From Acanthaster planci (lineage: Eukaryota), in the NCBI RefSeq assembly GCF_001949145.1, contig NW_019091355.1:2896646-2960645 (forward strand): a stretch of 64,000 bases of DNA, written 5' to 3'. Within the stretch, counting starts at the first letter, position 1, and each line of letters opens with the position of its first letter. The translations under genes were made by a program, and so were the position numbers. Below the pieces are notes generated by a model that saw nothing but the letters and a program-made list of their open reading frames with translations, had not been told where the DNA came from and did no database searches. Positions 1 to 11,379 of the stretch are shown here, piece after piece.

Positions 1-97
1 CAAGTTCTTTCTAGGCAGGCAACACTCACACTGAGAGTTTTAAAACTTTTGCGTATCGGTCACAAAGTTACCCTTACTCCTTTGTTCTTTCAAACAG

Positions 98-276
98 ACA
101 TAGATGGCCTAATCAGCCAGGCTGTCCTGACAGGCAACTTTGAGGCGGCCGTGGAGATGTGCCTCCACAACGACCGGTTGGCGGACGCCATCCTGTTGGC
201 CATAAGCGGCGGGCCGGAGCTCCTCAGCAAGACGCAGCGCAGGTACTTCAAGAAGGTCAAGTGCAACATATCACGG
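98..276 (+). CDS. SEC31: SEC31 internal coding exon (alpha-solenoid region; gene begins upstream of the window)
   Basis: CAG acceptor at 95-97, GTGAGG donor at 277. Peptide (D)IDGLISQAVLTGNFEAAVEMCLHNDRLADAILLAISGGPELLSKTQRRYF...ISR resembles the conserved SEC31A segment as recalled from the family. Confidence 0.95.
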
Positions 277-594
277 GTGAGGAGCAAAAGAACGGATTGA
301 CAGAAGTAACCTAGCCAGAAGTAGTAATCTGTAGCGCTAGGTCCTTCGGGCTCAGAGGGTTACATAGTATTTTGCAGTAGTGAGTACTCTAAGCCAAACA
401 ACGCCCGGTACTGTTTGGGTTAATCGTAGTGTGATTGTGCGCCTTCCATCGTGTTTCAGACAGTGTCAGTCTGACAGAGTTAGGACTTGATGAATCTTAA
501 AATGTTCTTTTGATTATTTGTCTTGCTTTATCACTGAACATGAAGGGAAATGGGTCGCTGCTAACTGCTTCTTGGATGCAGATGAGAGAACGCA

Positions 595-844
595 TGGGGA
601 GTTGCAGAAATGAGGGGTCCAGAAGTGTGACATTTTCGTGTCCCTGTTACGTCTGACCTTTGTTATCTGACCGGGAAATATCACCGGAATTGATTTCAAA
701 GTATTACTATTTGTTTGGCAGGTAATTTGCATTAATTCAGCAGTCGTGGAAATTAGAAAATGTGTTCTGAACTTACAAAATCCATTTTTCAGATGTGACA
801 GGGACTCACTCAAAAGATGGACCCCTAATTTCTGGAATTCCCCA
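595..844 (+). mobile_element. MITE family A, copy 1 (about 250 bp, in a SEC31 intron)
   Basis: TIRs TGGGGAGTTGCAGAAATGAGGGGTCCA / TGGACCCCTAATTTCTGGAATTCCCCA (24/27 match), flanked by CA...CA. Homologous to 14184-14431, 26484-26737 and 58633-58881. Confidence 0.88.
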
Positions 845-904
845 CATACAAATCATGAAAGCTGAAACCACCTGTTACATCATGAGAGTTTCTCTGTCTT
901 CCAG

Positions 905-1031
905 CTCATATCGGCGGTAGTCACCAAAGATCTCTCGGACATTGTCGAATGTTGCGATCTGTCCAACTGGAAGGAGACCCTCACAGCCTTACTGACCTAC
1001 GCATCAGTTAGTGAATTCACAACATTATGTG
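905..1031 (+). CDS. SEC31: SEC31 coding exon (not in the ORF track)
   Basis: Pyrimidine tract plus CCAG at 901-904, GTGAGT donor at 1032. Manual translation LISAVVTKDLSDIVECCDLSNWKETLTALLTYASVSEFTTLC matches the SEC31 'DL.NW.E.LA.LTYA..EF..LC' motif. Phase 0 in, phase 1 out. Confidence 0.95.
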
Positions 1032-1398
1032 GTGAGTTTCTGTTGACTTTGATGTCGATTACATTAAGGTCTGGATAGGGCAAAAGTCGTACAGGTCAAG
1101 TTAGTTGACCCCAGCTCCGTAAGCCTCTTTACTGGGATGTTATTTCCATCGTGAAAATCTTCAAGCGGCCTCCGTGTAAAACTCTGACATAGCCTTGGTT
1201 TGTAATACCCTTAATTGTTTCTTGAATGTGTTCCTTGGAAGGGTGGCCAATGCCTCAATCCTTCAAAATCTTCCAGTAATCACTGTCGGTGTGTTGAGAT
1301 ACGTTGAAATTTGGGCCTGCATGTCGAGGGTGGTGGGGTTTTCTGGATCGAAGATTTTGACCGGTATATGCGTGTTGTCCATCTGTCTGTTGTCCCAG

Positions 1399-1547
1399 AT
1401 GCCCTTGCCAGCCGGCTTGAGTCAGATGAGTCCGGGGACCTGTCTGCCGAAGCCTGCCTCTGCTACATCTGCTCAGGAAACGTGGACAAGCTGGTGGCCT
1501 GCTGGGCCAAGATGACGCACAGTGCAAACACCCCACTACAGCTGCAG
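1399..1547 (+). CDS. SEC31: SEC31 coding exon
   Basis: CAG at 1396-1398, GTAACC at 1548. (D)ALASRLESDESGDLSAEACLCYICSGNVDKLVACW...LQLQ contains the SEC31 'ACLCYIC.GNV.KLV.CW' motif. Confidence 0.96.
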
Positions 1548-2095
1548 GTAACCAGTCACATTTCTGTTACCCAAGAGTGTGGCATTAATTGAACTGGGGG
1601 CTGGCAAGTTTGACAGTTGCCAAGCTGCACAAGCAGTTGATTTATCAAAAATTTCGAGCTTCCTGTCTGACCTTTAAAAAAAATTTCAAATGTAAGAAAT
1701 GGTCGTTTCAGTGATCAAATGAAAGCTCACTCCTCGTCATTTGCATGACAAGATTGATTGCGCTGAACAAAACAGTTGACTCCAAGTTTATGAAAAGTGG
1801 ACATAATGTTCTTGTGAGATGCCATTTTTTCTGAGACGGGTCAAATAGAAATATTAATTTCTCTCATTGACTCTCTCAAGGCATGTTATCGGCATGTCAG
1901 GCTGTGAACTACAAATGACCGAAACGACAAAACCCTATGTTGGATTGAATGAAAAGTTCACAGATGTTCACAGACTCATAAGGAATGGCTTTTCTTACAT
2001 ACCAAGTTTCAGAAAGATTGGATTTGGGACAAAACCACCTCTTGTGGGATTAAGCATGGTTTTTAGCTCCGATGCTCAAATTTCCCACCCGGCAG

Positions 2096-2407
2096 GATCT
2101 GGTGGAAAAGGTCATGATACTCCGCAAGGCTCTACAGCTAAAGACGGGCAACGGCACTGAGGTCACCTCACCAGTGCTGGCCGAGAAGCTCACCAGTTAC
2201 GCCCAGCTCCTGGCGGCCCAGGGCAGCCTGGCCTCAGCCACGGCCTACCTGGGCGACTCGGGCCAGCCCAAGATCCAGGAGCTGAGGGAGCGGCTGTACC
2301 GCGCCCAGGGCGTGGTCACGGCGGGCGGCTCGCAGAGGAGCGTGGCAGGTGTGGCACCCACGAGGCAAGCGACCGCGCAGCCGGCAGGGAAGTCTCCATT
2401 CAGTCGG
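2096..2407 (+). CDS. SEC31: SEC31 coding exon
   Basis: CAG at 2093-2095, GTGAGG at 2408. DLVEKVMILRKA...YAQLLAAQGSLASATAYL...LRERLYRAQG is typical of SEC31. High GC3. Confidence 0.94.
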
Positions 2408-2587
2408 GTGAGGCATTATTTTCTTAGCTGTTACTTCCATTGAATGTTCAAAACAGGTAATCCGCCCGCAAGGTTGCGTGGTCTTTGAGCAGCCAAAGGT
2501 TTCTTGTTTCGCCTGGAAAATTTGTCATTAACGTAACTGTCGTGAGCAGTCTATTGTATGCAGGAAATTATTTGTGATTGTCAACAG

Positions 2588-3127
2588 GGTAACATTGTGG
2601 ACCCGTTCAAAACTACGACTGTCTCTAGCAGCCAGTACTACACTTCCCAGGTCAGCGCCACGGCACAGTCTTCAAACTACGGCTACGGACAGACGCAGCA
2701 GCCCCAGGTCTCGTCACAGCAGGCCGCAGGCGACGCCGCGGCCGCCAAGCAGCGCCACCCGAGCGGCGACCGGCACGCCAACCTGTCAGGCCCCCGGCAG
2801 TACCCCCACTACCAGCAGGGCAGCATGCAGCAGTATTACCACCAGGAGCCCACCCAGCAGCAGCTGCAGCAGGAGCAGCGGCAGGCCCACCCTAACCCCA
2901 GCATGTACAACCCGGCCGAGTACATGGGCGCCTCCACGGCGCCCGCACTGGCACCGACCCCCCTGCAGCAGAGGACACCGGGCCTGGCCGGTTACCCGCA
3001 GCGGGTGCAGCCAACATCGGACGCAGCGGCTGCGCCGTCTTCAGGGTACCAGTCAAGCACCCCAGCTGCAATGAAACCCAAGGCAGTTGTTGGAGCGTGG
3101 AATGATCCTCCTCTGATCAAACCAAAG
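2588..3127 (+). CDS. SEC31: SEC31 coding exon, Pro/Gln-rich region containing the WNDPP motif
   Basis: CAG at 2585-2587, GTAACC at 3128, phase 0-0. Ends GAWNDPPLIKPK. WNDP is the conserved part of the Sec31 fragment that contacts Sec23/Sar1. Confidence 0.9.
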
Positions 3128-3224
3128 GTAACCTTAAGACCTCCACAGGGTTTCATTCTTTAAGTACAGCTACATCCCAGGTACATATCCTATAATTGAG
3201 TTGCCGGTTTCACCTTGTTCTAGG

Positions 3225-3478
3225 CACGGACGTATATAAGAAAAATCTGGACTGGCAATGCCCTTAATCAGCTTATAGAGATCACTGAATCCACTCGCGG
3301 CCATTTTACCGAGCCGAATACAAAGCTTACCCGGCAATGCCCGCCTTTGTTCTCCCTGGTGTCAATAGAAGCGAGCCAAACCACGCATTTGTATTCGGCT
3401 CGGTAAAATGGCCGCTGGTTGGCTTCTATTTCATACAAAGGCGTTGCAAGTCCAGTTTTTTTTAAATATACGTCCGTG
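3225..3478. mobile_element. Non-autonomous DNA transposon (CA...TG ends, 8-bp TSD; P-element- or hAT-like) in a SEC31 intron
   Basis: TIR CACGGACGTATA / TATACGTCCGTG. Perfect 8-bp TSD GTTCTAGG at 3217-3224 and 3479-3486. Perfect internal 28-bp inverted repeat at 3297-3324 / 3388-3415. Confidence 0.9.
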
Positions 3479-3859
3479 GTTCTAGGCCTATGTATAAGGC
3501 CATTTTCCATGGCTGTGATTTTGTTACATAGAAAGGAAATTGAGTTGTAAAATGTGTTACCACGGTAAAACTAAACAGAAGAATCACACGTTCTCTTAAC
3601 TCGAGGACTTTAGAACACCATAAACTTGGGAATGATTCTATTTATGAAGCTCATAGGGGTTTTGCATGATAGCCATCTTGGAGGGCAGTTCTTGTATTCC
3701 ACAGGGAAACCTCCTTTGTGCATACTCTCTGGAACAATGACACTGGTCTGCAAAATGGCAGCCATGCAAACCCTCTGTAGCAGTTTCTTTTCAAACGTCC
3801 CCTCAAAATGCCATCTTCACCAATTTCGCTCTTATTTGGTCGCGACCCCAAACGACCAG

Positions 3860-4108
3860 GAGCAGCAGAAATTCACGGCGCCCGAGCCCATCATGGCACC
3901 CATCGTGGGAGGGGTCCAGGACCCCACTCCGCCCCACTCGCCCGCCGCGTTGGCAGCCGGGGAAGGGGTGTACAACCCGGCCGAGGTGCCCGCCCAGCAG
4001 GTATACCGTCCTAGTCAGGCCATGTATAACAGCCAGCCCCTGCCGAGTGGTTCCCATATCGCACCGCCACCTTCCTCCTCCTCACAAAACGCTACCCGCA
4101 GTGCCAAG
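3860..4108 (+). CDS. SEC31: SEC31 coding exon, Pro-rich region (exact acceptor ambiguous among tandem AGs)
   Basis: CAG at 3857-3859 followed by GAG CAG CAG, AAG|GTAAAG donor at 4109. EQQKFTAPEPIMAPIVGG resembles the SEC31 'F.PP.PIT.PI' segment. Phase 0-0. Confidence 0.85.
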
Positions 4109-5240
4109 GTAAAGCTTGCACACTAACAGCCGTCCGGGCCATTTAAAACAAAATGATCCTGTTTGTCATCAACTATCAGCGGAATTTCAAAAACGGGCCC
4201 AATTTTTTTTCTCTGGGACGTGTAATGAAGGTTATGCCATTTTTTGTACATAGAAATCATTGAATTGATTGCAGCGTCGCAGAGAACGCGAGTTATAGGG
4301 TTCCTTTTTAGCAGAAGGGCCTTAACCAATTGCACGGTAGCAGGCCCTTGATGATAAACAGAAATCTTTTTTTTTTTTGAGTGGCCCGAATTGTGTCACG
4401 CCGGTGGTAGCCTTCCAGTCATTCACAGAGCTGCTCTGTGGGGGAAAACGCCGTCAGGCAAACTTCCCAGTCAGACATAGCCGGTGACCTATGTGAGTCC
4501 CGGTGACGCTGTAAGATCCTGGACTCGCTCACAAAAAATCTTTGCTTGACCGATGTTTCTGCCCATCAGCTCTGTGAACAGACCCCTGGCGTGCTAACTC
4601 ACAATGTCTTTCTCAATCCGGTCAACCCAACTAACTGACTAAGACTAACTCTAGCTTTCATTCGGGTCAGCTTGACATCCCTCCGTCCGGTGTTCAAGCT
4701 GTCGTGTGAATCAAGTAATGTCAGACTTTAACAGCTGGCCGTATTCATAAGTCGGGCATATTGAATTGAAAGTGAGGTTAACATGGGGGGAGGGAAACTG
4801 AGAATAAAAATGAAAGCAGTGAAATGAAAGTTAATCGCATATTAATACCATTTCTGGTGATGAATAATTTCACATTTCTGATTACTTATATCGGAATGTT
4901 TTAAGCCACATTTTAAAAAGGGAAAGTGAGACGTGGACACCAATGTAGTCTGGTACCTCCCCATTTAGCACATTACAACGAATAAGAGATTCTGGGAACT
5001 TGATCAAAAATGGCTTCCCTTTGTTCTACAAAGAAAGGTGGTTGGCTTTTCAGGAGCGGTTTGTTGAAAACGTGATTTTTACTAAGGTCTTTTTCTGCTG
5101 GGCTTTGCTTACCGGTGTTGTGTTCGAGTTAATCACAAGTCCCTGTAAGTCCATCACAAGTCATTCAGCCTTAAGCCAATTCACAAGCTATTCAAATGAG
5201 CTGTGACAAAAACAATCCTTTGTCATTGTTCACCCTGTTA

Positions 5241-6197
5241 CTTATGACTGGCCTTGTGAAGGGACTTGTGACTGGCATTGTGAAGGGACTTGTGACTGGC
5301 TTGTGAAGGGACTTGTGACTGGCCTTGTGAAGAGACTTGTGACTGGCTTGTGAAGGGACTTGTGACTGGCCTTGTGAAGGGACTTGTGACTGGCTTGTGA
5401 AGGGACTTGTGACTGGCCTTGTGNNNNNNNNNNNNNNNNNNNNNNNNNNNNNNNNNNNNNNNNNNNNNNNNNNNNNNNNNNNNNNNNNNNNNNNNNNNNN
5501 NNNNNNNNNNNNNNNNNNNNNNNNNNNNNNNNNNNNNNNNNNNNNNNNNNNNNNNNNNNNNNNNNNNNNNNNNNNNNNNNNNNNNNNNNNNNNNNNNNNN
5601 NNNNNNNNNNNNNNNNNNNNNNNNNNNNNNNNNNNNNNNNNNNNNNNNNNNNNNNNNNNNNNNNNNNNNNNNNNNNNNNNNNNNNNNNNNNNNNNNNNNN
5701 NNNNNNNNNNNNNNNNNNNNNNNNNNNNNNNNNNNNNNNNNNNNNNNNNNNNNNNNNNNNNNNNNNNNNNNNNNNNNNNNNNNNNNNNNNNNNNNNNNNN
5801 NNNNNNNNNNNNNNNNNNNNNNNNNNNNNNNNNNNNNNNNNNNNNNNNNNNNNNNNNNNNNNNNNNNNNNNNNNNNNNNNNNNNNNNNNNNNNNNNNNNN
5901 NNNNNNNNNNNNNNNNNNNNNNNNNNNNNNNNNNNNNNNNNNNNNNNNNNNNNNNNNNNNNNNNNNNNNNNNNNNNNNNNNNNNNNNNNNNNNNNNNNNN
6001 NNNNNNNNNNNNNNNNNNNNNNNNNNNNNNNNNNNNNNNNNNNNNNNNNNNNNNNNNNNNNNNNNNNNNNNNNNNNNNNNNNNNNNNNNNNNNNNNNNNN
6101 NNNNNNNNNNNNNNNNNNNNNNNNNNNNNNNNNNNNNNNNNNNNNNNNNNAAGGGACTTGTGACTGGCTTGTGAAGGGACTTGTGAAAGGACCTTTG
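5241..6197. repeat. Minisatellite with 23-24 bp unit CTTGTGAAGGGACTTGTGACTGG(C), spanning an assembly gap
   Basis: About 7.5 units visible at 5241-5423 and about 2 at 6151-6197, either side of the N run 5424-6150. The unit is built from two related 12-mers. Confidence 0.92.
5424..6150. other. Assembly gap (N run)
   Basis: Run of N. Confidence 1.
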
Positions 6198-6788
6198 ATG
6201 GACTCGAATACAACGCTGTTGCTTGGCATCATCGGGAAATATCTTAACAACTTGATTTTTCACCAAGGACTACTAAAAAACCAAAGCTTTGCGGTTGTGG
6301 TTATTGACTTCTTATTCCATCATCTTTTACCAATCCTTTATTCTCTTGGTATTTTCCAGTTTTGGTTTTTGGGTTTTTTTTCCCATTTTTATTTTTATTA
6401 TTTTTTTAATCACTTTCAACACAGTTAAAAGCACAGTGTTGAGGTTAAATGTTTGCTTGAAAGTGATTTCAGTGCTTTCTGTTTGTCAGTGCTCATCGGA
6501 AAATCTGAAATTATCATGTCCCAAACAAACTACGTCCTTGGTGTTATGGGAGGGTAGGGTACTGGGTGATTTGTGGAAAGATGTATGAGAGGTGTTAACG
6601 TGAACACAGTACAAAGAACAAAGGACCCACATTTCGGCCTTTAACTATGTCCAAAAGCAATGTAACAAGATTCTTGGTGTTGTAAGCTGCACTTCAGCAG
6701 TGAGAGTTGGAGAAGTTTGGTGGATAGAGTCGCAGTCTTAGAAGTGCCAGAGATTTCCAGATGAGCTCATTTGTCTCTCACTCTGTAG

Positions 6789-6899
6789 GCCCCTGAGCCT
6801 GAGGTGGCCAAGGGTCCCATCCCCGCCGAGCACCAGGAGCTGGCCGACACCTACGAGGGGCTTGCTAGGCGATGCAGGGAAGCTGGTGGAAACAACCCG
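6789..6899 (+). CDS. SEC31: SEC31 coding exon, start of the C-terminal helical domain (not in the ORF track in this frame)
   Basis: ctctcactctgtAG acceptor at 6787-6788, GTGAGT at 6900. 111 nt encoding APEPEVAKGPIPAEHQELADTYEGLARRCREAGGNNP. Confidence 0.93.
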
Positions 6900-6979
6900 G
6901 TGAGTACAGTCTCCTGGGCAAGACCACTGTCCGTCAGGAAAAAAAGCATCTAACGACACCTAGGCAGGATCCTGCTGGT

Positions 6980-7049
6980 AATTGCTTGCAGGTGGAATGC
7001 AGCAAGTGGCAAATTGCTTGCAGGTGGAATGCACCAAGTGGCAAATTGC
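6980..7049. repeat. 32-bp tandem duplication (about 2.2 copies) in a SEC31 intron
   Basis: AATTGCTTGCAGGTGGAATGCA(G/C)CAAGTGGCA repeated with period 32. Confidence 0.9.
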
Positions 7050-7368
7050 CTTTGAGAATTCACCATCATAGTGACTGGATTGGTATGGGTTTTTTTTTAA
7101 AAACAGCTTGTTTTGTTTGAGCAAGGTTGCTACAGTTGCAAGAAGAGACAGGATCTGTCTGACGTTTGCTATTCAGTGCAGTAAAAAAGGCCTGAGCACT
7201 GTCAACAGACCACGCCTTGGAGTTGGTCATATTACAGCTGGACCTTGTTCGGATGAAAATTCAGCGTCCAGAAAGTTAGTGACTTCGCTGCAACCGGCTG
7301 GCCCCACTTGACTAAACCCCTCTTCCTCTTCTGATTTTAATTTCCTGTGTGTTTTGCAACCATTACAG

Positions 7369-7440
7369 CAAATCAAGAGAAAGCTTGATGACGTGAACAA
7401 GAAGTTGAACATCCTCTACGACAAGCTGCGTGCGGGATCG
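7369..7440 (+). CDS. SEC31: SEC31 coding exon
   Basis: CAG at 7366-7368, GTAAGT at 7441. 72 nt encoding QIKRKLDDVNKKLNILYDKLRAGS, matching the SEC31 'KRKLDD..K.L..LYDKLR' motif. Confidence 0.95.
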
Positions 7441-8008
7441 GTAAGTGCCAACATGGACTACACCAAGACACACAACTGAAATACAGTATGCCTAACTGTC
7501 TCAAATTTCTAGTTTAGTGCAGTTCTGCATGAAACAAACTCTTATTTTCATTCATTCATTTTTATTCTAATTTCCAAAGCTCTACATTTCACACCAAAAA
7601 GTTGTCATTTCATGGGATTCTTCCCAAACTATGTTTGATTTTGTTGGACAGGTTGCTCACACGGCATAGTTTGTGAAGTAGTTCAGGCCTGACAATCGAC
7701 TTGAGTCTAAAAATTGTGATTCAACCTTACAAATGAGTCCCAAGTTCCCAGAGTCACTTTTCAGTCGCAGGTTTTCAGAAGAATCTTGAGCCTTGTGATT
7801 AACATGCGCTTAAATGTCCATTTTCATCAGGGTACCAGACTGAGCGATCCATCAAAACAGCTCAGTGTACTCGGCTTAGACTTAAACGAGGTTACTGGAA
7901 GAAGTGACCTCAAGACTCACTTTGTTGGATCCGGTCAGGTTATATGTTTAAGAAAGCGAAGATTTGCTGGTCCCAATGGCATCATTATTATTCATTGTTC
8001 GCCTTCAG

Positions 8009-8188
8009 CTGTCACCCATGATTCTGGCCGGCCTGCACGAGATCGCCTCCGGCATCAGCAGTTACGATTACCAGACGGGTCTTTCCGTCCACAAGCGCCT
8101 GGTCTCCAGTGTCTACTTCTCCGAGATCAGCTCTTTCATGCCAGGCCTCAAGGTCCTCCTCCAAGTCTCCCAGCAGTTGCGAGTATGA
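8009..8188 (+). CDS. SEC31: SEC31 terminal coding exon
   Basis: CAG at 8006-8008. LSPMILAGLHEIASGISSYDYQTGLSVHKRLVSSVYFSEISSFMPGLKVLLQVSQQLRV followed by TGA TGA matches the SEC31 C-terminus 'FSE.S.FMP.LKV'. Confidence 0.96.
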   Translation: MSPMILAGLHEIASGISSYDYQTGLSVHKRLVSSVYFSEISSFMPGLKVLLQVSQQLRV

Positions 8189-9570
8189 TGACAGGTGGAG
8201 GCATTGTGCTTCAAGATTTGCCAGTGGATATCTCATGGTTCGGGTTTTGAAATTTTGTTTTTATGCAAGTATGCAATTTTTTTCGTCTCAAGTATGCTTC
8301 TCTCGGATAGAATGTAAGAAAGCTCTCACTCTGGTAGCTGTTTTCTATGGGATTTGATTGGATTATGTTAGTCACATGACTGCTAGCTTTAACGTGGTAC
8401 ATTCCTCATGCTTCTGAATGTAATAGACACCTCTTTTCACCCTCAGTAATGTCATTGTTGAGTTAGACTCGACCTAAACGAAGATGAAATATTTATCTAC
8501 GTCTCTCTCTTTTTAGGTGAAGATCTTTCTTTTTTTTTCTTTCTTCGGTTCTTGTATCAATCAACCTTCACAGTTCAAGGCAGCTTTTAAGATGAGAGAA
8601 CATTCTGATGAAAAGACCAATTTAAGGTGTATGTAATACTTGCTTTGTTGAAGGGGCTAGGTCATGTCTCCATGCTGAGAGAGATTTCCATGGAAAGGAT
8701 ACCGCCAAAAAGTCTACACTTGGAAGTCAAATGAGAAGGGCATTTTACATTGAAAGCCATGCAGTTAACAAGACACGTTTTTGAAACCGGACGACTGTTC
8801 GAAATATCTGAACAAATAATCGTCATCGCTCTCGGTTTGGGGTAAATGAATTGATGAAAGAAACTTTAAAATGTGTTTATGCAAAGAATTAACGGTAATT
8901 TTTTTAAAATGTTGCACGTTGTTTGTGCCCTGAAGGTAGATGTCTCGTAGGTTGTAGCGCTATGTGCCATATGGTATCTTTAGATTTCAAGCCAAAAGTT
9001 TTATTTTAGTGTTGTGTCAGTTTTCCTTGCCAATGATCTGGTGAGAAATGAGTCGGGGGGGGTTGGCTTATTTCTTGTTGGGGCGGGTCACAAAACAAAA
9101 CAGTGCTAGCTGTTGGCAATATATGTCACACCAGTTCATGGATAAGCACTCACGCGTATTAAAGTTCATCATTAATCACATAATTGGGCGTTATAAAATT
9201 CCCTACTTTACGTATGCTATTCGCGACAACAGAAATTCAGCATATGAGCAAAGTACTGAGTTACGCACAAGGACGAGAATCTCAGTCACAGCCAACCTCG
9301 ATGAAATGTGTTATTTATTTACTTGTAGCACACTTAATAGGGAAAGATCAAAGCAAAAAAAAAAATTTAAACAAGGTTTCTTAATGAAGTGTAAATAACT
9401 GTACAGAGGCAAACAAAATGAAACATATATCTCTGCAATCTGTAGGGAAAAAAACCCCAGCTTTCCAGAGTTCGTGGAGTTCATGCAATAGGACTTTGGT
9501 GATTGTGGATATGATACAAGTTTGTCTTTTTTTTAACTAGATCATGTTTTATTTTTGGTCGTTCATATTA

Positions 9571-9991
9571 AGGGCCATTCAAAATCTTCACTGTTTTTAA
9601 ATTTCATTTTTTTTTCTCCAAATGGTGAGTCAACAAAAAAAAATGAAAATGGAAATTCATTTTTGATTTAAAGAAAACCAACAAAACAAAAAGAGATCAA
9701 TTGAATTGCCTGAATTTTGGTATCAAACTGAACTTCATGATATGCACAACCATGGTCCAACATACATGTACAAACTAGACACACGTGCAGAGGCACATTC
9801 ATGTATTTACTTTACATGTGCAAGCATACATATACATGTACGTGCCTGCAATTTTATACGGTACACTGGACTGGCAGTTTTATTACTGGATAACAAAATC
9901 ACTTTTTGGTTAATTGAAAATGGGGGTGGATCAAAAAAAGTTAGGGAAAAAATATCAAAATTTAAAACATTGAAAAATTCTGATTGGCCCC
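9571..9991. mobile_element. MITE with GGGCC termini and TTA TSD (PIF/Harbinger- or Zator-like), downstream of the SEC31 stop
   Basis: Left AGGGCCATTCAAAATCTTCACTGTTTTTAAATTT vs right reverse complement GGGGCCAATCAGAATTTTTCAATGTTTTAAATTT. TTA at 9568-9570 and 9992-9994. Confidence 0.72.
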
Positions 9992-10259
9992 TTACACAAA
10001 GGCACATTAATAGTGACACCAGAAAGGGCGAAATGATGGGGGGTGTAAATTTTGATGAGATATTGATAAGATTATATTGGCAACTTTGTTTATAACCAGT
10101 TGCACAAATATGAGTCATTTTTAAATGAATGTCCTTTAAAATCTGACACTGGTATGTACGGATTTGTATCAGTGTTTTCTGCACAGTTCCATGAGTAAGA
10201 ATTCAAATACGTTAACAGGTAGTAAAGATTTTGAATGCAGGAGATTGTAAGTGGAATGA

Positions 10260-10265
10260 AATAAA
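10260..10265 (+). terminator. Candidate SEC31 polyadenylation signal (AATAAA)
   Basis: AATAAA about 2.1 kb after the stop, followed by T/GT-rich sequence. An earlier ATTAAA near 9158 is an alternative. No transcript evidence. Confidence 0.35.
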
Positions 10266-10386
10266 ATTCTAAGAGTAACTTTGTACATATTTAGCTGTGT
10301 GCCACACATGACCTGCTTTTGTGTTATTTCCACCCAGTATTCCTTATTTTAAAAGGAACATTTTTGCCTGATGTTTGACATGGTCG

Positions 10387-10508
10387 CAGGCGCGATTTGG
10401 GGGGGGGGGAGGTTGGTCTTAGCCCCCAAACTTTGGGTAGTGAAAGTTAAAAGGTGAAGTCACAAAGGGTCCTGCAACCGCCCCCCCCCCGCTCTAAAAC
10501 CATGCCTG
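10387..10508. mobile_element. Short hAT-like MITE with poly-G/poly-C subterminal runs
   Basis: CAGGC...GCCTG ends. Flanks CATGGTCG (10379-10386) and CGTGGTCG (10509-10516) give a 7/8 match for an 8-bp TSD. Confidence 0.7.
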
Positions 10509-11379
10509 CGTGGTCGTAACTTGGATTGTTAAAATGAATTGGAGGGCCCAGATATGAAGTCCACAGGTCTTTCTAAACGTACGCCCAGGGGCGAATCCTG
10601 AACAAAATTATTTGAGAGCTAAAGCTGGGGGGGGTCAAAGATTTTGTTCGTGCAGAGAAATGAATCCACAACTGAGCCTCATCCGTGTGACTGCGTATAT
10701 CACTTTGCAGAAGGATTCATTGCGTTTAGGACAATTTAGGTCACGACGCAAAAGTACTGAAATTGTAATGTGCGGAAAGAGACTGCGGGATCGAAGGGAC
10801 ATTTCTCAGACACTTGTGAGCAGAATGGAGCGCATTCACTTGCGTCTGAAATTTATATAAGAGTTGGACGTCCCAAAAGCAATGGCTTACGGAGGACCTC
10901 GTGAAACAGGAAATTGATGCCACGTGTACTTCATCGTTGAAGTCCTTAACCAAATGTTCATGACGTTCCTTGGGTGATTCAGGATGTGATTAAGAGATAT
11001 GTTTATTGAATTCAATGGGCTCTCTTCCAATATTTACATGGAGGTAGCGCCCACTTGAACCCACTCACCAGAGGTATGAATATCAACTTCTTGCGGTAAT
11101 CTCAAGGTCCGCGTTGTACCCTTCCACTGAACTAACCTAATCCTTCATTCCAGAGAAGGTTGTATTTTACTAGTCGACTAAACTATCAGTTTTCCAGTAA
11201 AGAAAGTCTACGGAAAGCTACGGAAATCGATTTCTATTCTGCAAGTCGTTAACAACAAAACTCGTTTAGTTTGTCTTGTCTTTTATCTCCCTCTTTTTGT
11301 ATAACACACAAACGTTTATCAATGGAGTAGCATTTTGCAGCTAGAGTGAATCATTCTTGATACTGTTTCTGAGGCAGTC

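Noticed and set aside
2574..3074. 166-aa alternate-frame ORF over a SEC31 exon (also antisense 44529-45137 and 54085-54433)
   Set aside because: Shadow ORFs from GC-rich codon usage of the true exons. Splice phases support the other frames.
5241..5423. CRISPR-like regular repeats
   Set aside because: Head-to-tail units with no unique spacers, located in a eukaryotic intron.
5192..6428. Long ORFs of 250-350 aa in the ORF track
   Set aside because: Artefacts of the N gap plus a stop-free minisatellite.
8186..8191. Possible stop-codon readthrough of SEC31
   Set aside because: The stop is doubled (TGA TGA) and the C-terminus already matches the family end.
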